A stretch of 40,172 bases of DNA from a bacterium (GTDB lineage Bacteria; JADJOY01): positions 1 to 40,172 of the forward strand of contig JAXLQJ010000065.1 of the NCBI GenBank assembly GCA_046331705.1, given 5' to 3'. A program made the position numbers and the translations under genes. The notes beneath the pieces are model-generated. The model was not told the origin of the DNA, made no database searches, and worked only from the letters and a program-made list of their open reading frames with translations. Below are positions 26,184 to 33,866 of the stretch, piece by piece (the stretch's first letter is position 1; each line of letters opens with the position of its first letter).

Positions 26184-26950
26184 GCCCGCGCACGTCACCG
26201 CGTCGCGTGTCGCTCGCGGCGCTGCCGGGGATCGGGGCCATTCGGCCGGGTGACGACTTGGCGGCGCTGATCGCCGACGCGCTCTCGCGCGCCGGCATCA
26301 CCTTGGCTCGCGGCGACGTGCTGGTGGTCTGCCAGAAGGCGGTGTCCAAGTCGGAGGGGCGGATCGTCCGGCTCGTCACCGTCGCGCCGAGCGCATTCGC
26401 GCGACGCATCGCCGCGACGCTCGGGAAGGATCCGCGCGTCATCGAGGTGGTGCTCGGCGAAACGCGGCGCATCGTGCGCATGAGCGACCATGCCCTGATC
26501 TGCGAGACCCATCACGGATTCGTGTGCGCCAACGCGGGTGTCGACTCGTCGAATCCGGTGCGACCGGGCACCGTGACGTTGCTCCCGCGGGACCCGGACG
26601 CCTCCGCCGCCGCGCTGCGCGCAGCGCTCGGGCGGCGTTTGCGGGTGCGACCGGCGGTGGTGGTATCGGACACGTTCGGTCGGCCGTTTCGCGAGGGCCA
26701 GGTCGATGTCGCGATCGGCGTCGCGGGAATGCCGGCGTGGCGCTCGCTGCGCGGCGAGCGGGACCTGAGTGGCCGGCCGCTCCAGGCGAGCGCTCCAGCC
26801 GAGGCCGACATGCTGGCCGCCGCGGCCGGCCTGCTGATGCGCAAGGACGGCGGCGAGCCCGTGGTGCTCGTCTCGGGCTTCGCGCATCGCGCCGGTCGGG
26901 GGCGCGCCCGCGACCTGGTGCGTCCGCGTGCCGCGGATCTCTTCCGGTGA
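26180..26950 (+). CDS. cofE: Coenzyme F420-0:gamma-glutamyl ligase (single domain)
   Basis: PGDDLAALI, KAVSKSEGR, CANAGVDSSN, LLPRDPDASA and SDTFGRPFREGQVDVAIG motifs. ATGA overlap with cofC. Confidence 0.94.
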   Translation: MSPRTSPRRVSLAALPGIGAIRPGDDLAALIADALSRAGITLARGDVLVVCQKAVSKSEGRIVRLVTVAPSAFARRIAATLGKDPRVIEVVLGETRRIVRMSDHALICETHHGFVCANAGVDSSNPVRPGTVTLLPRDPDASAAALRAALGRRLRVRPAVVVSDTFGRPFREGQVDVAIGVAGMPAWRSLRGERDLSGRPLQASAPAEADMLAAAAGLLMRKDGGEPVVLVSGFAHRAGRGRARDLVRPRAADLFR

Positions 26951-26965
26951 GTTGCGAAGCTCGAA

Positions 26966-27001
26966 CACGAACGCCGCGGGCTCGGGCCCGCGGCGTTCGT
27001 G
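26966..27001. terminator. Strong hairpin between convergent cofE and the regulator gene
   Basis: CACGAACGCCGCGGGC-tcgg-GCCCGCGGCGTTCGTG, perfect 16-bp stem 15 nt after the cofE stop. Confidence 0.75.
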
Positions 27002-27087
27002 ACGCGACGAGGAGGCTGGCGTGGCCTTTCGCGCAACAGGGTCGGGCGGGATGCGTTCCCCCGCAGGCGCGTTGGGCGGCCGCCTCG

Positions 27088-27870
27088 TCAGGCGGCGGAC
27101 TTGCCGGTGGTGACGCGCATCCGCTCGAGCGTGGCCTTGTTGCGGCTGCCAGCGGGGCGTCCGCGCCGCGGGGTGAACGGCATGTGCACCGTGGGCGTTC
27201 CCTTCGGCGCGTCGATGAGCCCCTTCTCGATCGAATAGTGGACGAGGTGGGCCAGCCGATGGAGGTGCAGCTTCTCCATGATGCGCGCGCGGTGGATCTC
27301 GACCGTCTTGACGCTGATGCCCAAAAGCTCCGCGACGTCCTGGTTGCGGTTGCCGAGCACGAGCAACTTCAGTACCTCGCGCTCACGTGGGCTCAGGGAT
27401 TCGAACCGGCTTTCCGCGGCGGGGCCGTCCTCGCGCGCCGGCGTGCGAACCAGCGTCGCGGGCAACGACTTGTGCAGGTACACCTTCTTGCCGGCGAGCG
27501 CCGTCTGGATGGCGTCGCGTAGCTCGTTGAGGGTGGCATCCTTGACCACCACGCCTCGGGCGCCGGCCTCGACCGCTTCGAGGATCAGGTCCTCGCGGGT
27601 GTTGCGCGTCAGCAGCACGACGGTGGTGGATGGTGCCGCCTTGCGGACCTGGCGCGTGAGCACGGCGCCGTTCCAGTACGGCAGGTCCATCTCGCTGAGC
27701 AGCACGTCCGCCTGCGTGCGCTTCACGACCTCGGCCGCCGTCGGCCCGTTGTCGGCTTCCCCGACCACCGCGAGGCCGGGCAGCTCGGAAAGCAGAAGCT
27801 TGAGGCCGTCCCGAAACAGACGTTCGTGGTCGGCGATGACGATGCGCTTGGTGTCGGGTGTGGTGTTCAT
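27088..27870 (-). CDS. NarL/LuxR-family response regulator with atypical receiver and C-terminal AT-hook-like motif
   Basis: Receiver fold (IVIADH...VVGEADNG...DVLLSEMDLP...LLT...VVK), LuxR HTH LSPREREVLKL...ISVKTVEIHRARIMEKL, and tail PRRGRPAGSRNK. Confidence 0.92.
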   Translation of the reverse strand: MNTTPDTKRIVIADHERLFRDGLKLLLSELPGLAVVGEADNGPTAAEVVKRTQADVLLSEMDLPYWNGAVLTRQVRKAAPSTTVVLLTRNTREDLILEAVEAGARGVVVKDATLNELRDAIQTALAGKKVYLHKSLPATLVRTPAREDGPAAESRFESLSPREREVLKLLVLGNRNQDVAELLGISVKTVEIHRARIMEKLHLHRLAHLVHYSIEKGLIDAPKGTPTVHMPFTPRRGRPAGSRNKATLERMRVTTGKSAA

Positions 27871-27877
27871 GTCCACG

Positions 27878-27906
27878 AGCGTAGCGCGAATTCAGCGGAT
27901 AGGCAA
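27878..27906 (-). promoter_or_regulatory. sigma70-type promoter, probably giving a leaderless mRNA for the regulator
   Basis: TTGCCT-N17-TACGCT, then 7 nt to ATG 27870. Confidence 0.55.
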
Positions 27907-28053
27907 TCATCCTGATCGGGAGTGGAAACGAAAGGTCGACCGGGCAGAGTGCCCGAACGTGGTGGACGCAGGGGAATGCCCGATCGAGTGCGCGACGAGC
28001 GTCCCGATGCCCTGTTTTTGCGGCAAATGCCGCATTCCCGAGGCGAGGTCCGC

Positions 28054-29493
28054 GTGAGGATCCCTCCGACACGTCGGGCAATGTGGATGGCGGTGGTGGG
28101 TGTGGCGCCTATTTTCTTCCTGTGCGTCTTGACCCACGCGTGGACCCACCCGGCGGTGGTCGACGGGTTCGTGGCGCTGGTCGCTCGCGCCCACCTGGAG
28201 CCGATGCACGGCGTGGTGATCTGCAACGTGCGCATCACCGATCCGCTCGCGGACGAGCCGGGAGGTGCGCTCGATCTGCGCATCGTCGACGGCTCGATCG
28301 TCGCGATCGGGCCGGCGGCCTCGCTGGCGCCCGCGCCGGACGAACGTGTCCTCGAGGCCGAGGGTCGTGCGCTCACGCTGGGCCTCGTCGACGCACATGC
28401 GGCAGCGGTGTTCCGCGATCCGCTGCGCCGCGTGCTGCCGCCGGCGATCGTGCGCGACGCGCTCAGGCTCGAGGCGCGCGCGGGAGTCACGTCGGTGCGC
28501 GATCTCGGGTCGCCCGCGGCCGCCGTGCGCCGGCTCGCCGCAGCCGTGGGCACGCGTCTGCTGGGACCGTCCATTCACCCGGGTGGACCGTGGCTCACGC
28601 TGCACGGCGAGGTGGAGTCGGCGGAGGATCCGTTCCGGCATCCGGCCGAGTCGTCACCGGCAGCGTCCACCGACGACGTGGTGCGCGCCATCGCCGATCT
28701 CGCCCGCGGCGAGGGTCGATGGCTCGCCGTCGATCCGCCCGCCGGCGGCGACACCCCCGAGCGGCGAGCGCTGGGCGAGGTGGTGGCGCGAACGGCGAAG
28801 GAGCGCGGCCTGCGGCTCGCGGTGCGCGCGCTCGACGAATCCCAGCTGCGCTGGGCGCTCGACGCTGGCGCCGGATCGATCGAGGAGCTGGCGCGCTACC
28901 CCGACGAGCTCGCGCCGGAGCTGGTCGCGCGCATCGCCGCGTCGGGCGCGGTGATCGTGCCGCTCGCGCACCTCGCGCGGGTCGCCGAGGTCGGCTCGAA
29001 CGGGGCGTACGAGCGCGATCGGCAGACGCGCTGGATCGGCCGGGCGTCGTGGTGGGGGGAGCTCGCGCGCCTCGATCGCGCGATCCGCGCGCGGCACGCG
29101 AGCCCCGAGGCGCGCGCCGCCGATCGCGCGCGGCTCGAGCGCTTTCGCGAGAACCTCGCGCGCCTGGTCGCGGCGCGGGTGCCGATCGCGATGGGCACAG
29201 GGGCGCCGCGGCCGTTCGCGTTCGCGGAGCGCCCCGGCGACGAGATCGAAGCGCTGGCCGCTGCGGGGCTGGTGGGCGAGGAGCTCGTGGAGGCCTGCAC
29301 GCGCAGCGGCCGCCTCCTCCTCGATGGTCCGCGGGCGAAGCCGCGGATCGCCGTCGGCGCGCCAGCCGATCTGGTGGTCTGGGAATGCGATCCGGCGCGT
29401 GAGGTGCGCTGCTTTGCGCGTCCCCGCTGGGTGATCGCGGCGGGCCGCGTGCTGGACGGCCGGAACGACTCGCCGGCGCGTCCCTTCTTGTGA
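28054..29493 (+). CDS. Amidohydrolase-superfamily protein with N-terminal hydrophobic segment and degenerate metal site
   Basis: IVDGSIVAIG, GLVDAH, GVTSVRDLG, and C-terminal IAVGAPADLVV...VIAAGR. Start either GTG 28054 or ATG 28081. Confidence 0.8.
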   Translation: MRIPPTRRAMWMAVVGVAPIFFLCVLTHAWTHPAVVDGFVALVARAHLEPMHGVVICNVRITDPLADEPGGALDLRIVDGSIVAIGPAASLAPAPDERVLEAEGRALTLGLVDAHAAAVFRDPLRRVLPPAIVRDALRLEARAGVTSVRDLGSPAAAVRRLAAAVGTRLLGPSIHPGGPWLTLHGEVESAEDPFRHPAESSPAASTDDVVRAIADLARGEGRWLAVDPPAGGDTPERRALGEVVARTAKERGLRLAVRALDESQLRWALDAGAGSIEELARYPDELAPELVARIAASGAVIVPLAHLARVAEVGSNGAYERDRQTRWIGRASWWGELARLDRAIRARHASPEARAADRARLERFRENLARLVAARVPIAMGTGAPRPFAFAERPGDEIEALAAAGLVGEELVEACTRSGRLLLDGPRAKPRIAVGAPADLVVWECDPAREVRCFARPRWVIAAGRVLDGRNDSPARPFL

Positions 29494-29548
29494 GCGCCGG
29501 CCCGCTTCGACCGACGCTTGGCGCGCGCTGGGCGGAGGCTGCTCGGGA

Positions 29549-31294
29549 TCAGCGTTCGGGCGAGCCCTGGGCGCGGTCTGCCTCGCTCGCGAACCGGAAC
29601 TCGACCCGAGCGGGAGCGCAGTCCTCGCGCCCGGTCAGCACCACGCGGACGCGCCACGGATTGAAGTCGCCGAAGGAGCGCCAGACCTCGCGTGGGTAGG
29701 GCCCGAAATCGTGCGCGTTGCCGACCAGCGGCATGTGACCGACGGTGTGGAATCGGCCTTCGCCGAGCTCGTATTCGAGCATGTAGCGAAGATCGGCGCG
29801 TCCCGCCCAGCGCGCTCGCACCACGCCCGCATCGGCCTCGAACGTGAGCGACGCGCCGTCGCGCGGCGCCTCGATCGAAGGACACGGTGCATCGGCGGGG
29901 ACCGCGTCGGCGACCGTGGCGTCGCGCGGCGGGCGATCGACGAAGAAACCGGGGTCGTGCTCGGCGAGGTAGCGCGTGAGCGTGGTGCGCAGCTGCGTTT
30001 CCTCGGAGAGCCCCGTTCCGCCGAGATCCGTGCGCTCGCGTGGATCGCTGGCGACGTGGAAGAGCCGCGCGCGCGGTTGCCCGCGGGCGAGGACGAGCTT
30101 CCAGCCGCGCTCGCGGATGCCGGCCAAGCGCTCGCCGTCGCGGGCGGGTGGAGTCTGATAGCCGGCGATCGCGCTCTCCAGCATCGCGGGGGCCGGCGGC
30201 AAGGTCTCGCCGCGAACGAGGGGAAGCAGGCTGCGGCCGTCGAGACCCGTGGGGGCGGCGACGTCGACGGCGTCGAGCAGCGTGGGCATGAGGTCGACCC
30301 CGCGCACCGGCTCGGCGATGCGCAGCCCGCCGTGCGCGCCACCCGGAAACCGGATCAGGAGCGGGATCCGGATCAGCTCCTCGAAGAGCGTGGCGTGCAG
30401 CGTGGTGGACGCGTGTCCGACCCAGCCGTGGTCGAAGAGCTCCTCGCCGTGATCGGCGCTGATCGCGAGCACCGAGCGATCGAGCAGGCCCCGCCGCTCG
30501 AGGCGCGCGAGGACGTCGCCCAGCCACGCGTCCATCGCGTGCACCTCGCCGTCGTAGAGCCGAGTCACGGCCTCGCGATCGGCGGGTAGCGCGAAGGCGA
30601 GACTGTCGCGCGGCACGATCACGTCGCGCTGCACGGCTGCGAGCCCCTCCGAGACCGGCGCCGTCGCGGCTGCGCTGGGCCACACGGCGCGTACCTCGGA
30701 CTCGGGCGCGCGATAGGGCAGGTGGACGTAGCGGTAGTGGTACCAGAGGAAGAACGGCTCCTCGGGGCCGTGCTCGAGCCAGCGCGCGAGCTCGTCCGGA
30801 CCGCCCTCGTCGCTGAAGAATTCCTGGAGCGGCGGGCCGAATCCGAGGTTCGCGTAGTTCGGGATCGACGTCAGGTACACGAGGTTGGGGACGCGATAGC
30901 CGCGACCCGCGAGCTCGGTCGCGAGCGTGGGCGTGCCGGGCGCGACGCTCGCGGCCGGGCCGGTGACGCCGTGCCGAACCGCGAAGAGCCCGGTGAGCAG
31001 GCTCACGAGCCCGGGGCTGGTCCAAGCGCTCGAGGAAACCGCGTCCTCGAAGAGCACGGACTCGCGCGCGAGCTCGTCGAGATGCGGGCTGGTCGGATGC
31101 GCGTAGCCGTACGCGCCGAGGTGATCGGGCCGGAGCGTGTCGATCGTGAGGAGGATGACGTTGGCGCGCGGATGGCGAGTCGTCTCGTGACGCGCGGGAC
31201 GCAGCGCCCGATCCCCGTCGCGTCCGAGCAGCGCGAATGCCGCCGCCAGCAGGCCCACGACCAGCGCGAGCGTCAGCGCGGCGCGGCGGCGCAT
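29549..31294 (-). CDS. Exported sulfatase-like (alkaline phosphatase superfamily) hydrolase/transferase
   Basis: Signal anchor, NVILLTIDTLRPDH, WTSPGLVSLLTG, HLPY, YDGEV, SADHGE and IPLLIRFP motifs, plus a C-terminal extra domain. Confidence 0.9.
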   Translation of the reverse strand: MRRRAALTLALVVGLLAAAFALLGRDGDRALRPARHETTRHPRANVILLTIDTLRPDHLGAYGYAHPTSPHLDELARESVLFEDAVSSSAWTSPGLVSLLTGLFAVRHGVTGPAASVAPGTPTLATELAGRGYRVPNLVYLTSIPNYANLGFGPPLQEFFSDEGGPDELARWLEHGPEEPFFLWYHYRYVHLPYRAPESEVRAVWPSAAATAPVSEGLAAVQRDVIVPRDSLAFALPADREAVTRLYDGEVHAMDAWLGDVLARLERRGLLDRSVLAISADHGEELFDHGWVGHASTTLHATLFEELIRIPLLIRFPGGAHGGLRIAEPVRGVDLMPTLLDAVDVAAPTGLDGRSLLPLVRGETLPPAPAMLESAIAGYQTPPARDGERLAGIRERGWKLVLARGQPRARLFHVASDPRERTDLGGTGLSEETQLRTTLTRYLAEHDPGFFVDRPPRDATVADAVPADAPCPSIEAPRDGASLTFEADAGVVRARWAGRADLRYMLEYELGEGRFHTVGHMPLVGNAHDFGPYPREVWRSFGDFNPWRVRVVLTGREDCAPARVEFRFASEADRAQGSPER

Positions 31295-31306
31295 CGGTGC
31301 GGCAGC

Positions 31307-32173
31307 TCAGTCGGGGACGCGTTCGCGGGTCAGGGTCGCGGCGTCGACGACGATCGCGCGTGGAAAGGCCGCCACCGTTCCCGATCGCACGAGCACCGTC
31401 GCCAGCTCGCCTGCCGGCACGAACTGCTGCGCCAACGACTGCACACCGCGCAGGCCCGGCAGCGCCACGGTGTCGGTGGTCAGGAAGCGAAATCCGGTGG
31501 CGGTCTCGCGAAGCTCGCTCATGAACGCGCTGCTGAAGGTCTGCAGCTCGCCGCTCTCACGGCCGTGGTAGGCGCCGCTGTAGCGCAGGCGGACGAACCA
31601 GCGCTCGCCGGCCCGAAACGCCTCGTCGATGGCGATCTCGAAGCGCTCGGGCTGGGTGCTGACCGCGGCGGCGCTCGCACGAGCCAGCTGCTCGGCGCGC
31701 GTCTGCCCGCTCGGTCCGCGAAAGCGCTCGTCGAAGAAGGGCTCGAGTGCCTCCACCGCGCCGGATCGGGCCGCACGCTCGAGCTCCGCGATCGCCGCCG
31801 CCACGCGGCCGTACTCGGGAGAGGCGGGGTCGAGGCGCTGTGCGTCGTGCGGCAACGCCAGGAGGACCAGCAGGCGCGGCCGAGCGGAGTCGGGATCGAC
31901 GATGACCGAGACGCGGTAGCGCCCCGGCGGAACGGCGTCGTCGCGAAAGAAGCGGCCGCGCCCCTCGACGACGTGATCGCTCGGGCTTGGGGTGGCCGGC
32001 GCGATGGGAGTGAGCACGACCCGGTAGCGGTCGGCGCCGAGCACGGAGCCGGTCACGCTGCCGACCCGGCTGGCCGTCGTCCCGGTGGCGGGTCGACCGT
32101 CGACGAGCCCGAGGCAGAGCCCCAGCGCCAGCGCGGCGCACACGCCGAGGATCGCACGCGGGTGGAAGGGCAT
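31307..32173 (-). CDS. Exported hypothetical protein (small beta domain plus possible NTF2-like domain)
   Basis: Signal peptide, GSVTGSV...GRFFRDDAVPPGRYRVSV, then an alpha/beta region. Lies 12 nt upstream of the sulfatase on the same strand. Confidence 0.65.
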   Translation of the reverse strand: MPFHPRAILGVCAALALGLCLGLVDGRPATGTTASRVGSVTGSVLGADRYRVVLTPIAPATPSPSDHVVEGRGRFFRDDAVPPGRYRVSVIVDPDSARPRLLVLLALPHDAQRLDPASPEYGRVAAAIAELERAARSGAVEALEPFFDERFRGPSGQTRAEQLARASAAAVSTQPERFEIAIDEAFRAGERWFVRLRYSGAYHGRESGELQTFSSAFMSELRETATGFRFLTTDTVALPGLRGVQSLAQQFVPAGELATVLVRSGTVAAFPRAIVVDAATLTRERVPD

Positions 32174-32311
32174 CGGCGGCTCAGGCTGGGCCGAGAATGT
32201 CGGATTCGACGGACATCGCGGTGCGGCGCGCCCAAGCTACCACAGGGCCGAAGCGCCGTGGCCGAGAAACGCCGACGTGCGCGCCTCGCCCCCGATTTTC
32301 CTCGTTTTTTC

Positions 32312-32340
32312 TTGACAGCCGCGTGCGCGAGCCCTAGGAT
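32312..32340 (+). promoter_or_regulatory. sigma70 promoter for the LysM gene
   Basis: TTGACA-N17-TAGGAT, preceded by a T-rich UP-like tract. Confidence 0.8.
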
Positions 32341-32453
32341 GCCGCCGAAATCCTGGAAATCCAGACGCTTATCCAGATCTCCGGAGTGTTTGGTCGAACC
32401 ATTTCCGGGCCGCCAGGCGAGTTGGTCGGGCGCTCGGGCAAGAAGGGGGAGCG

Positions 32454-33623
32454 ATGAGGAACGGCGTGCGTAGCGCACTTTCCGTTCTCTTGGCGGGTGC
32501 CGCGTTCTCGACGGTAACCACCGCAACGGTCGGACGGGCGGAGGAATCCGAGGCGGCTCGAGCCCCCGCGGAGTCCACCCCGGCGGCCCCGAGTGCCGAG
32601 GCCCCCGCGCCTGCGGCAGCGGCCACGGACGACTCGAAGCCGGTGTACGTCGTCAAGCAGGGCGACACGCTTTCGGGCCTGGCGAAACGCTGCCTGGGCG
32701 ACGGCGAGCGCTGGCGCGAGATTCACCACAAGAATCCACAGGTGAAGAACCCGCACTGGATCTACCCCGGCGACGAGCTCTTGTTGGATTGCGGTCAGGG
32801 CGCGTCCGGCGAGACCAAGGTCGCGGCGGCGGCTCCGGCGGCTGCCGAGACCGAGCCGGCGACCACGGCCACGCCAGCCGAGCCCGCGGCCGCGCCCGAG
32901 GACAGCGCTGGCGCCGCCAAGCCGATCGGTCAAGCCGCGAGCAATGCCACGGCGTTCCGCGTGACGGAATCGCAATACGCCTACATCGTGTCTCGCCGTG
33001 AGCTGCCCGTCGCGGCGCTGGCCGGCAACATCGATCGGATCAACTACTTCGGCCAGAATCAGCGGGTCTACCTGAACGCCGGGAAGAACTCGGAGTTCCA
33101 GGTCGGCGATCGTTTCTCCATCTATCGCGACTCCGAGATCGTCGCGCATCCGGTCACGGGAAGCGTGCTCGGCTACATGACGCGAATTCTCGGGGATCTG
33201 GTGGTGGAGGAGGTATCGGACAGTAGCTCGATCGGACGCATCATCCAGGCCTTCGAGACGATCCAGCCGGGCGATCTGCTGGCGCCTTACGTCGACGTGA
33301 GCACCGCCATCTCGCCTGTCGACAGCGACCGCGCGCTGAACGGGATCATCGTGGGCTCGCCGGCGATCGCCACCGATATCGTCGAGCGGCGCAGCATCTT
33401 CCTGGACAAGGGCAAGAAGGACGGCGTGAAGGCGGGGAACGTCGTGGGCATCTACCGCGGCAGCCAGGTGGCGGCCGATCCGATCACGGGTCACGAGCTT
33501 GATCTCCCCCGCGAGCTGATCGGCAAGGCGATCGTGTTCCGCGTCGAAGACGCGACGGCTTCGGCCTGGGTGTTCTCGAGCAGCCGCAACCTGCTGATCG
33601 GCGACCAGGTGAGCTTCGAGTAG
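32454..33623 (+). CDS. Exported LysM peptidoglycan-binding protein, TsaP-like
   Basis: Signal peptide, LysM YVVKQGDTLSGLA...WREIHHKNPQVKNPHWIYPGD, Ala/Pro linker, and two beta repeats (GDRFSIYR..HPVTG / GNVVGIYR..DPITG). GGGGGAG RBS. Confidence 0.88.
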   Translation: MRNGVRSALSVLLAGAAFSTVTTATVGRAEESEAARAPAESTPAAPSAEAPAPAAAATDDSKPVYVVKQGDTLSGLAKRCLGDGERWREIHHKNPQVKNPHWIYPGDELLLDCGQGASGETKVAAAAPAAAETEPATTATPAEPAAAPEDSAGAAKPIGQAASNATAFRVTESQYAYIVSRRELPVAALAGNIDRINYFGQNQRVYLNAGKNSEFQVGDRFSIYRDSEIVAHPVTGSVLGYMTRILGDLVVEEVSDSSSIGRIIQAFETIQPGDLLAPYVDVSTAISPVDSDRALNGIIVGSPAIATDIVERRSIFLDKGKKDGVKAGNVVGIYRGSQVAADPITGHELDLPRELIGKAIVFRVEDATASAWVFSSSRNLLIGDQVSFE

Positions 33624-33650
33624 TCGTATCCCCCGCGCTCGTACGCGCGA

Positions 33651-33730
33651 ACGGCGCTGTGTCCGCGAGGACGCAGCGCCGTCGTTGCTCCCGGGGGGCG
33701 GATGAGTGGTGCTGCGCGGCGCTCATCCGC
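33651..33730. terminator. Two hairpins between convergent LysM and nrdJ genes
   Basis: ACGGCGCTGTGTCC-gcga-GGACGCAGCGCCGT (14 bp, one G-U pair, GNRA loop) and GCGGATGAG...CTCATCCGC. Confidence 0.55.
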
Positions 33731-33866
33731 GCGGGCGAAGCCGCGGCGGGTGAGCCATCAACGATCGAGCCCGAGCGCCGCGGCCTCCGGGTCGGCCACG
33801 GCAGTCGGGCTCAGGCGCTGCCGCAGGCGCGGCCCGGACCGTTCGGCCCGAGCCGTGGCGCGCGAC

